This document shows, piece by piece, positions 52,637-64,000 of a stretch of 64,000 bases of DNA. A program made the translations under genes and the position numbers. The stretch comes from Camelus dromedarius. Lineage: Eukaryota. The notes below the pieces were generated by a model. The model did no database searches. It saw only the letters and a program-made list of their open reading frames with translations, and had not been told where the DNA came from. Numbering within the stretch: position 1 is the first letter of the stretch; each line of letters starts with the position of its first letter. The stretch is taken from contig NC_087437.1 of the NCBI RefSeq assembly GCF_036321535.1, positions 102,364,001 through 102,428,000 on the forward strand, read 5' to 3'.

Positions 52637-53129
52637 ATACAAAGATAAGAATGGTGGTTGCAAGAGTTGCAAGAGGCAGGGTGTGGGGATGGAGAAATGA
52701 GTGAACTATTTTTTTAAGTTTAAATAAATTGAATATATTAAAAATAAAGTTGGAATAAAGCTATTCTAGGCCCAAATCCTCATTGTCATTTGATAGCAAA
52801 TATGGTATTTATTTTTATACTATTGTATGAATGGAAAATCCGAGCCTGGATGCAACTGCCACTAGTATCAAATATTTTGCATTTGAAGGCTGAAAAGGGT
52901 GTCAGAAGTCTGATTCAATACTCATTTCAGTGGTGATATCAATACTGAGAGTGAGGTCATGGACACTGGCTTCACTATAGCTTGGGATACTCCTTAAAGA
53001 CTGAGTTAAGCCTCGATACCAGATTTTCTAACAAGCTCTGAGAAATATGTATGCAAATTACAGTTTTGGCCTGTGCAGCATTATAGAATATCTTGTTATT
53101 TCAATATGTATAAATTATTTATTTGCATA

Positions 53130-53340
53130 GTGTGACATATATTCTGCATACATTTATTAATTGGCATATAAAACTAAAAATCTCTCTGTTCTTACGGGGC
53201 TTACATTTTTATGGGGAAGAAGTCAAATTGTAAGCAAAATCTGTAGATAGATGAGATCATTTTAGAGTGTGATCACAGTGCATGGCTGTGTCTATATGGA
53301 GCATAGCAGTAGATTACATGGAGATGGGGCTGAGAGTGGT
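53130..53340 (-). mobile_element. Decayed L2 3' end
   Basis: 'tctctgttcttacggggcttacatttttatggggaaga'. Confidence 0.4.
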
Positions 53341-54485
53341 GAAATAAGGAAATTCCTGTATTTACTGCCCATTTATTCTGATAAGAAGTGGACTTGTAGA
53401 TAATTTGAAGTAGAAGCAAGTCCCCTAAATTAGTATGTCATTAAGTATCAGTATGAAATATGTCCTGGATCAGCTAGAAATTAATCACCATGGGGAAATA
53501 TTAATTAGCTCAGTAGCAAAATGAGAGAAAAAATATAAAGTAACTATTTTCATTTACAGTAATGGCACAGTTAATATAGTGCCTGATAGGAAGAATTAGA
53601 TTTACAGAGTGCTCTGGACTTTATAGTCTATAATGTACTTTAATATACATTACCTTCAGTGACAGACAATGCTTAAACTAAGAATAAGAAATGTGCAAAG
53701 ATTTGACTAAGCTTGTGCTTCAGCCAACTGCCAGATCTGAGTATCTAACCTGAGAGTTTTAACTACACATATTGTATTTAACACGATAATATACTTAACC
53801 CCTGGATAAGGCATCTGGAAAAATATATTAAAGATCTAATTCATATATGAATCAATGTTTTAAAAGAAGATGAATATGTGTTACCTCAAAGGGATATTTC
53901 TTTGTTTAATCCTCAACTTCTCCATAAATGAAGAAGCATAATTTAACTTGAGAACATGTTTTGTGATTGTGCAACTCCAGCATTCAAAATGGTATAATAT
54001 CTAAAAAATCCAATCTTAATGTAATTTCTTGTTTTCTTATTTCTCTCTTGAGGCCTATAGTTGCATAGAATTGAATTGAGCTTGTAAGGGTTTTGTTTTA
54101 TATTTCTTTGTTTTGAATTTGTCTTATATTACATTATTAGTCCTTTCATTCTCCTTTCCCAATTCCATATGCTTCTCTGACGTGCCTATCAAGTGCATTG
54201 AAGATTTTTCTTCCAACCCATTTTTCTATACATTTATTTAGATAAACATGTATCCATGAAAAACTAGAAATAAATAATATAAGAAATATAAAACATTTTT
54301 ATTGTAATATAATATAATACACATTATTTTATAAGAAATGTAAGGAAAACATAAGAAAAATATGCTGTGGGCAAAAAATAAAGTGCTTCAGTTAGAAACA
54401 CTGAAATTGGATGCACATCCATTCCAATTGAGAGAGTTCATCCTTTTTGTGTTTTGAGAATGATAAAACAAATTCAATTAGTCTC

Positions 54486-55045
54486 TGTATTAGTTCCCTG
54501 TTGCTGCCAAAGCAAATTACTACATTTTTAGCAGCTTGAAATAATCCATATTTATTATATTGCAGTTCTATAGGTTGGAATTTTGACACTGGAGTCAGTG
54601 GGCTAAAATCAAGGTGTCAATACTGCCGCATTCCTTCTGGAGGCCCTAGAGGAGAATCCGTTTCCTTTTCATTCAAGTTGTTAGAAGAATTCAGTTTTTT
54701 GTGGTTGTCAGCGGTAGCCTTTCCTACATCCCTCAGCTCGGGACTCCTCTTCCTCCATATTTAAAACCAACAATGGCAGGTTGAGTCCCTCTCATGCTTG
54801 AATCTCTCCTACCTCTTATTCTATAGTACCTCTCTGACTCAAGCCAGGAAATATTCTTCATTGTTCAAGAGTTTATGTGATTATTTTGAAATCACCTGGA
54901 TAATCTGTGGTAATCACCCTATCTTGATAAACCTAACCTTAATCACATCTGTAGAGTCCCTCTTGCAAAGTAAAATAACAATTCACATGTTGCAGAGTTA
55001 AGACAACTGACATTTTTAGAGAATATGGGTGTCATTATTTCAGTT
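54486..55045 (-). mobile_element. MaLR solo LTR, MLT1D/E-like
   Basis: 'tgtattagttccctgttgctgcc ... gggctaaaatcaaggtgtca ... ttccttctggaggccctagaggagaatccgtttcc ... ttaatcacatctg'. Confidence 0.85.
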
Positions 55046-55089
55046 TCTTCTCCTTTAACTTTTCCTCCTCCTTCAGCTTTTAATTAATA

Positions 55090-55545
55090 TACTTTATTTT
55101 TAGAAGTTTTTCTTTTATAGAAAAATTGAACAGAAAGTACAAAGAATTTGCATGTATCCATTTCTACTCTCCTCTCTGCCTTTACAGTTTTTACTATATT
55201 TAATGTTAGGCTGGTACATTTGTTACAGTTGATGAAAAGTGATGAAAAATGATGATGCATTACTATTAACTAAGGCTCATAGTTTATATTACAGTTCACT
55301 TTGTTCTGTATTTCTGCTGGTTTTAACAAATGTATAATGTTATGTATCCACCATTACAATATCATACAAGATAGTTTCACTGTTTTAAAAATCTCCTCTG
55401 ATCCACGTACTCATCCCTTCTGTTCTCTTCCTAAACACTGAGCAACCGCTTATCTGTTACTGTCTATACTTTTACTTTTTTCAGAATGGCATATAGTTAA
55501 AATTAGCAGCCTTTTCAGACAGCATTCTTTCACTTAGCAGTATGA
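55090..55545 (-). mobile_element. L1MC-type 3' end
   Basis: 'aaaattgaacagaaagtacaaaga ... ggtacatttgttacagttgatgaa ... tgtatccaccattaca'. Confidence 0.8.
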
Positions 55546-57465
55546 TTACAATGTTAGTTTCAGGGGTACAGCAAAGTGATTCTGTTATACATATACATAT
55601 ATTTTCAGATTCTTTTCTATTATAGCTTATTCTAAGTAATTGAATATGGTTACCTGTGCTATACAGTAGGTCCTTTTTGTTTATCTATTTTATGTAAAGT
55701 AGTGTATATCTGTTAATCCCAAAGTCCTAATTTATCCCTGTCCCCCTTCCCTCTGGATAACCAGAGTTTGTTTCCTGTGTCTGTGAGTCTATTTCTGGCT
55801 TGTAAGTAAAATTTGTGTTTTTTTTTTTTTTAGATTCCACATAGAAGTAATATCATAAATTTATCTCTGTCTGTCTGACTTCACTTAATATGATAATCTC
55901 GAGGTCCATCCATGTTACTACAAATGGCATTATTTCATTCTTTTTGTGGCTGAATAATATTCCATTGTGTTTATATACCACCTTTATTCAATCATTTGTC
56001 AATGGACATTTAGGTTGTTTCTTTATCTTGACTATTGTAAATAGTGCTGCTATGAACGTTGGGGTGTATGTGTCTTTTCAAATTTTAATTTTCTCCTGAT
56101 ATATGCCTGTGAGTGGGTTTGCTGTATTATATGGTAACTCTATTTTTAGTTTTTCAAAGAACCTCCATACTGTCCTCCATAGTAGCTTCACCAATTTACA
56201 TTCCCACCAACAGTGTAAGAAGGCTCCTTTTTCTCCACAACCTCTTCAGCATTTATTGTTTGTAGACTTTTTAATGTTGGCCATTGTGACTGGTGTGTGA
56301 CATGGTAGTTTTGATTTGCATTTCTTGAATAATTAGTGACATTGAGCATCTTTTCAAGTGTCTGTTGGCCATCTGGCTGTCTTCTTTGGAGAAATGTCTA
56401 TTTAGGCCCTCTGCCCATTTTTTGATTGGGTTGTTTGTTTTTTGATATTGAGCTGTATGAGCTGTTTGTATATTTTGGAAATTAGCCCCCTGTCACTTGC
56501 ATCATTAGCAAATAGTTTATCTCATTCTATAGGTTGTCTTTTTGTTTGGTATATGGTTTACTTTTCTGTGCAAAAGCCTTTAAGTTTAGTTAGGTCCCAT
56601 TTGTTTATTTTTGCTTTTATTTTCATTACTCTAAGAGATACATCCAAAAAAATATTGCTGCAATTTGTGTCAAAGAGTGTTATGCCTATGTTTTCCTCTA
56701 GGAGTTTTATAGTATCTGGTCTTACATTTAGATCCTTAATGCATTTTGAGTTCATTTTTATATATGGTGTTAGAGAATGTTCTAATTTCATTCTTTTACA
56801 TGCAGCTGTCCAGTTTTCCCAGCACTACTTATTAAAGAGACTGTCTTTTTTCCATTGTGTATTCTTGCCTCCTTTGTCATAGATTAATTGGCCATAAGTG
56901 TATGGGTTTATTTCTGGAATTTCTATCCTGTTCCATTGATCTATGTGTCTGTTTTTGTGCCAGTATCACACTGCATTGATTACTGTAGCTTTGCAGTATA
57001 GTCTGAAGTCAGGAAGTGTGATTGCCCCAGCTCCATTCTTCTTTCTCAAGATTGTTTTGGCTATTCAGGGTCTTTTGTGTTTCCATGGAAATTTTAACAT
57101 TTTTTGTTCCAGTTCTGTGAAAAATGTCATTGGTAATTTGATAGAGATTGCATAGAATCTGTATGTTGCCTTGGATTTTATGGCTGTTTTAACAGCATTG
57201 ATTCTTCCAATCCAAGAATATGGCATATCTTTTCATCTGTTTGTGTCATCTTAGTTCTTTTGTCAGTGTCTTACAGTTTTCAGAGTACAGGTCCTTTGCC
57301 TCCTTAGGTAGGTTTATTCCTAGGTATTTTAGTATTTTTGATGCAATGGTAAATGAGATTGTTTCCTTAATTTCTTTTTCTGCTATTTCATTGTTAGTGT
57401 ATAGAAATGCAACTAATTTCTGTATATTAATTTTGTATCCTGCAACTTGACTGAATTCATTGATA
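55546..57465 (-). mobile_element. Artiodactyl-type L1, about 1.9 kb of 3' ORF2 and 3' UTR
   Basis: ORF 56558-56791 'LTPYIKMNSKCIKDLNVRPDTIKLLEENIG' is L1 ORF2p. 3' UTR 'gtacagcaaagtgattc'. Confidence 0.95.
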
Positions 57466-58985
57466 AGCTGAGTCTGATTTTTGAAGAGAAAAAAAAATTG
57501 GTAAATCTTGAGCTAGAATGAGAAAAAAGAGAAGTAAGTGAAGTCATAAATGAAAGAGGAAACATTATAATTCGTGCCATGGAAATATAAGGATTACAAG
57601 AGACTACTATAAACAGTTAGACACCATCAAATTGCATAACATGGGAGAAATGGATAAATTGCTATAAACACATCTTACTCAGTCTGAATGATGAGAATAT
57701 ACAAAATCTGGAAAGATCAAGAAAGAAGAAAGAGATTAAATCAGTAATCTAAAACTTCCCAACAAAAAACGCCTAGGATCAGATGGCTTTCCTGGTGAAT
57801 TCTATCTAACATGTAAAAACAATCATCACCAATCCTTATCACATTCCACATTCTTTCAAAAAAAAAAAAAATGAAGAGGAAGATTTTCATTCTCAATTTA
57901 TGAGGCCAGCATTACCCTGATACTAAAGGCAGACAAAGACACTACAAAAAATGAAGACTGCAGGCCAATATTCTTATTGAACATAGACACAAAATATCCT
58001 TAATGAAATACTATGAGATTTAATTCAACAACACATTAAAAGGATCATACATCATGATCACTTAAGATTTATCCTTGGGATGGCTTACCATATGCAAATG
58101 AATTAATGTGATACAGCACATTAACAGAATGATGGATAAAAACCACATAATCATCTCAATAAATGCAGAAAAAGCATTTGCCAAAATTCATCATTCCTTC
58201 GTGATAAAAATTTAAGCAAACTATGAATAGAAGGAATTTATCTCAACATAATAATGACCGTATATAAAAAGCTCACAAGCTCACATCATTCTCAATAATG
58301 AAAAACTGAAAGTTTTTCTTCTAAGATCAGAAACAAGGCAAAGATACCGACTCTCAACACTTCTACTCAACATAGTACTAGAAGTCCTAGACAGAGAAAT
58401 TAGGCAAGGAAAAGAAATAAAGGCACCCAAAATAAAATTACTTCTGTTTGCGGGTGACATGATCTTGTATGTAGAAAACCCTGAAGACACTATACATCAA
58501 GAAAGTGTTAGAGCAGACAAAATCAGTGCATTTGCAGGATACAAAATCTACATACAAATAGAAGTTGCATTTCTATACACTAAAAATAAACTATCCAAAA
58601 GGGCATTATGAAAATAACTGCATATACAATAGCATCAAACAGAGTAAAATACTGGGGGAGGGTATAGCTCAAGTGGTAGAGTGCATGCTTAGCATGCATT
58701 AGGTTCTGGGTTCAATCTCTAGTACCTCTTCTAAGAATAAATAAATAAACCTAATTACCTCCTCCCACCCCCCAAAATAAATAAAATAAAATACTTAAAT
58801 ATAAATTTAGATTTATTCCTAAGTAGTTGAAAATACTTGTATATGGAAAACTAAAAAAAATAATGAAAGAAATTAAGGATGACTAAAATAAATGTAAGAT
58901 GTCTCATATTCATGGATTAAAAGACCTAATACTGTTAAAATGTTCATACTACCCACAGCAATCCACAGATCAATGCAATCCTTAT
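57466..58985 (+). mobile_element. Older L1 ORF2 (RT region) fragment, interrupted by a SINE
   Basis: 'gatggctttcctggtgaattcta', 'catctcaataaatgcagaaaaagcatttg', and 'tttgcgggtgacatgatc' (decayed FADD motif). Many frameshifts. Confidence 0.9.
58654..58786 (+). mobile_element. Vic-1-like camelid tRNA-derived SINE
   Basis: 'ggggagggtatagctcaagtggtagagtgcatgcttagcatgc ... gggttcaatc ... aaacctaattacctcc', Pol III A/B boxes, A-rich tail, TSD TAAAATACT at 58645-58653 and 58787-58795. Confidence 0.9.
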
Positions 58986-59343
58986 TACTATAGACTGACA
59001 TTTGCATCCCCCTCAAAATGCATATGATAAAGCTTAATACCCAATGTGATGGTGTTTAGAGGTGGAATCTTTGGAATGTGATTAGATCATGAGGGTGAAG
59101 CCCTCATGATGAGCTAGTGTCCCTATAAAAGGACCCCAGAGTGCTGCCTCTTCCTCCTGCCATGAGATTACAGTGGAAAGACAACTGTCTACCAACCAGG
59201 AAGCTGCTTCTCAGGGGACAGTAAACCTTTTGGCACCTTGATCTTTAGTTCCCAGTCTCCAGAACAGTGAAAAGTAAATTTCCATTTTCATAAACCACCC
59301 AGTCTATTGCATTCAGTTATAAGAGCCTGAACTGATGAAGACA
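58986..59343 (+). mobile_element. MaLR solo LTR, MLT1A/MLT1A0-like
   Basis: 'cccaatgtgatggtgttt ... gattagatcatgagggtgaagccctcatga ... ggcaccttgatctt ... ccacccagtcta ... gaagaca'. Confidence 0.9.
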
Positions 59344-59349
59344 AGCCAG

Positions 59350-59800
59350 AATTGCAAAGGGTATGAATGTGAAGTCTGGTCAACTTTTCTGAGGGCCACT
59401 TGGCAGTATCTATTGAGGTTAAACAAGGTACACATCCCATTTCCACTGATGGTCTGATCTCCTGAGATACAAATGAAACAGTAGTGCAAAGATACATAAA
59501 CATTGCAAATATATATACACGTGCATCTGTGCATATCTAATCACGTGTATGAACCACTGACCACGGTGTACTTTTAAACACAAAAATGCAAACAACATGT
59601 AGATAAGAGCCTACATTTGTTTAAAATTAATAAGTGTATATTTTTATTTGTTAATAAAAAACATAAATCTATAAAGTATATATACCAATGTATACATAGC
59701 AATGTTTACTTCTAGATGGATACTGATATCAGCGTATATCTTACTTTCTTTTTTATATATTTTTATTGTTTGGTTTTGAGTTATATATGATATTTAAAAT
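59350..59800 (+). mobile_element. Decayed L1ME-type 3' end
   Basis: 'caacttttctgagggccacttggcagtatctat'. Confidence 0.4.
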
Positions 59801-60419
59801 CAGAAAAAGTAAAGATATATTCAGGGTAAAATTATGCTTAATATACTCAGCATAATACTAGAAGCAACTTACCAAGGGGAGAAAAACATATGTTTTCTTC
59901 TCTTGAAAAATATTTCAGAAATTTTAACTTTTCTTCTTCATTTTTTCATACTCTCATCTTCTGGACACTAAAAGTAAGTGAGCTATCAAAATATAGTCAG
60001 AGGACACTGAAAATACATTTTGATAAACTCTGCCACCTTCTATTTAAAAACAGGATACATTTTAAATTGCTTTTTCATTTTTAGACTCATAATTTTAAAT
60101 ATGCATGCTCTATGAGGTAGGAAAAGCAATTTTTAAGTAGTTATACAAAGTAAAATTTTACACAATTGCTATGTGATAGAGCTCTCTACATTTTTCAAAG
60201 TAATCATATAATGAACATGAGGTAATCTTCGCTCAAAGTTCTATACTTAAAAATTGGAAGATACAGAAAAATAGACTCTGAGGCCCAAAAATTGTAGTTT
60301 AAAAAGTGTAGAAAATATATAGCTGTCTTCTGTTATGTTTTTTGTTTTTAATTTTTGTATTATATCTCTTATCCTATAATTAGGGAATTTACTTATTTTT
60401 CCTATCACAAATGGATATA

Positions 60420-61009
60420 TGTTACCAGGAGGAGGGGAATAAAAGTTACCTTGGTTCTTAGTCACCTGGAAAAATGAATTTTTAATGAGATACAAAAAGC
60501 ATGATATAAACAAGATTTGATAAACAGGTAGTAAAATATCGTACACGCCTGAGCATTGGGAGCCTGCCTATCCAAGAGAGAATAAGTGGTGCTGCTCCTT
60601 TGTTTTCCTGTTGTTTATATCCTGGCTTAGGGGCGTTTTTTGTGATTGATTGATTTACAGCTCAATTCCTTGTGCTCAGGCTGACTGACAGCTCAGTTCC
60701 TTGTGCTCAGGCACGCCCATCCCTTCTGTGCAGGTTCTTACTCAGGATGCACACAGAGAAATCTACGGGAGGGGGCTCAAACTGTAACGTTAATTATAAT
60801 GAGCACCGGGCCAGGTTAAGCCGGGCCCTTCTCTTTATTGCACAGCTGCGGCGTTTCATTGTAGCCACCTTTTTTGTTGGTCCTCATTTAGAGAAAGTAA
60901 GTTTTTGAAGCCCCTTATCTTGAGCTCAGGTGTATTGTTAGTTTCTGGGTTACTCCTTTCCCTTTCCTCTCCCCCTGCCTGGTGCTCATTTCTGTTTAAC
61001 TGCCTAATG
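60420..61009 (-). mobile_element. ERV1-type solo LTR, about 590 bp
   Basis: Starts TGTTACC, ends 'taactgcctaatg', flanked by a candidate TATA TSD (60416-60419 and 61010-61013). Has an internal 31-bp-period tandem repeat and retained CpGs. Confidence 0.6.
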
Positions 61010-61178
61010 TATACATCTCTTTTTTTTTGTTTGTTTCTTTTTCCTGTAGACCCCATATATTTGATCCCTTCATTGTTTATACAGTACTCATTTAATTTGC
61101 ATGAAAATTTTTACTATAAATTTGATATCATATAGCATTTTCAAACACTTCTCCACTGAAAAGCAGCCTAGGCTAAAA

Positions 61179-61205
61179 TACATACATACATACATACATA
61201 AAAAA

Positions 61206-61272
<67 letters not shown>

Positions 61273-61273
61273 A
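61179..61273 (+). repeat. Compound (TACA)n-(AAAT)n microsatellite
   Basis: About 5 TACA units followed by about 17 uninterrupted AAAT units. Confidence 0.95.
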
Positions 61274-61319
61274 AGTTTAAGTAACTCTTTGTTTTTCATC
61301 TGTTTTTTGTTTGTTCATA

Positions 61320-61850
61320 AGTTTGTGTAATTTTTATAGGTAATATATTCACCCATTTCAAAGTCAACTCTAGGAAGAATATACAGTTAATATTTTCCTA
61401 TTTATATCTATTCCCCAAACCATCTAGTTTCCCTAGTTTTCTCCCTTCTTGCAACATCCAAATTATCATTTTTTTAAAGTAAACTTTCAGAGATATTCCA
61501 TGCAAAACAAAGAAATAAGCGAACCTATTTTTCTCCTTTTTAAGAAAACGATATTATTCACGCTGTTCTGCACCTTGGCTTTTAACTTAATATTCCTGGA
61601 GATCATTTTATATCAGGAGTCAGAGACATTTTATGTTTTTTTTCCCCAAAAATACATATTATTTATGTGAGTATGAAGCAAATCTATCTGACCAGATCTC
61701 TGTTTCATTTAGTCGGCTTCCAATTTTAGCCATTAAAAATGATGCCGCAGTAAATAGTCTTATAAATAGTCGTTTCCTACAGATGTGAGTACATTTGTAA
61801 GATAAATCCTGGAAATTAAGTTAGTGGGCCAAGGATAAATTCTTGTGACT
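61320..61850 (-). mobile_element. L1ME-type 3' end
   Basis: 'gctgttctgcaccttggcttttaacttaa ... ttccaattttagccattaaaaatgatgccgcagtaaata ... gataaatcctggaa'. Confidence 0.6.
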
Positions 61851-63295
61851 TTGAAGGGTGCATCATCCTAAAAGACAATTAATAATAAACCCCGTTCTTT
61901 TAAATAAAAATACAACCATGATTACTTACCAGCCTATGACTTTTATCAAATCACTGAAGCGAGATAAATTGTGATGCGTGCGTATCTCATGCTGCGTCTC
62001 TCAGTTTTACCATTGTTCTGCTTATGTGCTTCTTTAAAAACTGACTCTTGGGGTGGATTTTGAAGCTGATTTACACATGTACAAATAACAATCTATGATA
62101 ATGGCTCAAGTTCTAGAAGACAGTCAAGAGAGAGGCAGCTTTTAAAAAGTCAAAACGTTAAATTAAATAAATAAACAAACTGGGTTTACGTCGTGTCTAA
62201 TATATTGCCAAATGATGGGAAGCTGTTTTGGAGGGGGAAAAGGAGCCAACGCAAAAGTGTCCTGACACCCCTGAAGGGAAGCATTCATCACTTTGCTGCT
62301 GTCCAAGGCCACAGAAACCAACTCTTCTGTGGTAGAGACCTTTACAGCAGTCCCCTGTGATACATGGAAATGGGCTTTATGAAAACTTGGGCCAGTTCCC
62401 GTTTCTGCTCTTTCAATGACATAAATTATACTTGCTCATGTAATATGCAAGTGAGGCCTGTGCAATCTTTTCTTTATCTAATTGTTCATGCAGAAAAATA
62501 TTTATATGATATATGATTATTATTAGCACTTGGTCCCCAATGTTTATTGATGAAAAGAATCTATGTCCAATTTCATGAATATTTCGTTTGTTTGCTTAGC
62601 AATTTTATTTCTGCTCCAAAGAGCCCATGATGTTTAAAACAAAGCCTCCTAGTAAATAATCATTCACCAGGTGGAATTATTTGGTTACTTATATGTTAAC
62701 CAGTCTTAGATTTTTATGAGTAAAATGATTCTTTCACAGATGCACTGGTAGTATAGTCAGGTGGGGCTTATAGCCCTCCTCACAGGTATTTCTATAGAAC
62801 TGAGAAAGGGTTTTTTAAAATTTACTTTGTGACGTGCCTAATATGCATGCATTATGTACGTTGGTCTTTTCATGAAAACTAAAAAGAATACCAATAAATT
62901 GATAAATTCTTTATTAAACTGTCTGGATTTTTTCTAAAACCATAAAATAAAAAGTACCCAGAGAGCATCCTTCATTCCAAACTCAGCTTATCTTCTCACA
63001 CACAGTGCTGCTGACCCACGGCAGCCGCAGGCTCACAGCAGACCCGTCCCTGCAGCTCCACACAGAGAACACCTTCCCTAGTCGTCCCCATGAGCGTATC
63101 CCTCCTGGTCCCATCTATGAGGGCAGCGTGATTGCCAGTGCTTCAGATAATGAGGTTTAACTTCAATATCCTCTTAGGCCTCTTATGTTTATAACGGCTC
63201 AGGTTTCCTGAGTGAACTGTAAACGATACTAAGATTAAGATTCTCAAGTAATTTTAGCTGGTTAATGTTTGGCATGGTTAGAAATATTATTGTAA

Positions 63296-63676
63296 TGCTT
63301 TCAGATATAGAAATAAATTTCTAGACCCAAAATGGAGCCACTCCTCCCTGGGGTGCGAGTCAGGGAAACAAAACTTAGATAACTTTTGCGTCCCTGGAAA
63401 TGCTCCACTTGACAAGAAACACAGCATATTCCAATGTCAGCCAGTCCCCAAACGCCAAACCAGCTCTGGGCCTTCTCACTGCAAAGCTGACTGTGTGTCC
63501 TCAGCCAGTTAGATGTTTTCCATTTGTCTCTTCCTTATTCTTTATTCTTTAACCTATAAAAGTTCCCTTTCTTCTGCCTCCTTTTACAGCTCTCTGAAGG
63601 GAGACTATTTGCTTCATGAAATGTTAAATAAAGGTTATTGCATTACCTAAGTTGTCTTCTTTAATTATTTTTAACA
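63296..63676 (+). mobile_element. ERV1-class 5' LTR
   Basis: 'cccaaaatggag' near the start, TATA box 'cctataaaa' (about 63553), 'aaataaa' (about 63626), ends 'TTAACA' just before a primer-binding site. The start position is approximate. Confidence 0.75.
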
Positions 63677-64000
63677 GTTTTGGCAACAAGAAATGGGATC
63701 GGAAGTTGACTGTTAACACCATGTAGGATGAGAGATGCCGGCAGGGCTCCTGCTGAGCTCTCCTGGTTCAGTGTCCTCACCACCTCTGAGGGCTGGAGGT
63801 AAGTCACTCTTGGATTTGAGTTCCACTCTCTTGCATGCAGCTTGCCAATCCAAATTTTATTTTTAAAATATGAATATATATTCAGAAAGGCTCCGGGGTC
63901 CAGGAAATCTTCCAGGGTAGTTATATTGGGTGTGTGACACAAGTAGGTCAAGATACTTAAGCTTGAGTTAATTCACAGCATTAATTGCTTGGGGACTTAC
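63677..64000 (+). mobile_element. ERV internal leader, running off the window, with splice donor GAG|GTAAGT at 63799
   Basis: Follows the LTR and primer-binding site. A consensus donor sits about 120 nt downstream of the LTR. Confidence 0.65.
63681..63699 (+). other. Retroviral primer-binding site, decayed tRNA-Ser(GCT) type
   Basis: TGGCAACAAGAAATGGGAT versus expected TGGCGACGAGGATGGGAT. Two of the differences are CpG>CpA decay. Confidence 0.65.

Noticed and set aside
58654..58730. tRNA gene (A and B boxes present)
   Set aside because: It continues into a SINE-specific tail and A-rich end with a TSD, so it is a SINE.
55546..58985. A fourth twin-primed L1 inversion
   Set aside because: The two halves overlap by several hundred nt in L1 coordinates and the plus half is far more decayed. 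They are independent insertions.
60450..60465. 16-nt minus-strand micro-exon (ttccag| ... |gtaact)
   Set aside because: It falls inside the 60420-61009 LTR, and its phase does not fit the candidate chain.

Overview
This is AT-rich, CpG-depleted mammalian genomic DNA, not prokaryotic sequence. A tRNA-derived SINE at 58654-58786 matches the camelid-specific Vic-1 family, so the source is most likely a camel, alpaca, llama or vicuna (inference). The window looks like intergenic or large-intron sequence. It is dominated by transposable element remnants: L2, MIR, old and lineage-specific L1, MaLR MLT1, ERVL/ERV1 solo LTRs, Tigger/hAT DNA transposons, and the 5' end of an ERV at the right edge. I recognise no known protein-coding gene, RNA gene or CRISPR array. 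The supplied ORFs are L1 ORF2 fragments or chance ORFs. I did not find a new biological system I can support. The best leads are: (1) a speculative minus-strand chain of phase-compatible exon-like segments giving about 150 aa that I do not recognise; (2) a perfect 23-bp inverted repeat at 21324-21374; (3) three L1 insertions with 5' inversions, one lacking about 2 kb internally and one lacking a poly(A) tail; (4) an ERV 5' LTR with a decayed tRNA-Ser primer-binding site and a splice donor. Repeat family names come from recalled consensus motifs, and boundaries are approximate unless a target-site duplication (TSD) is given.
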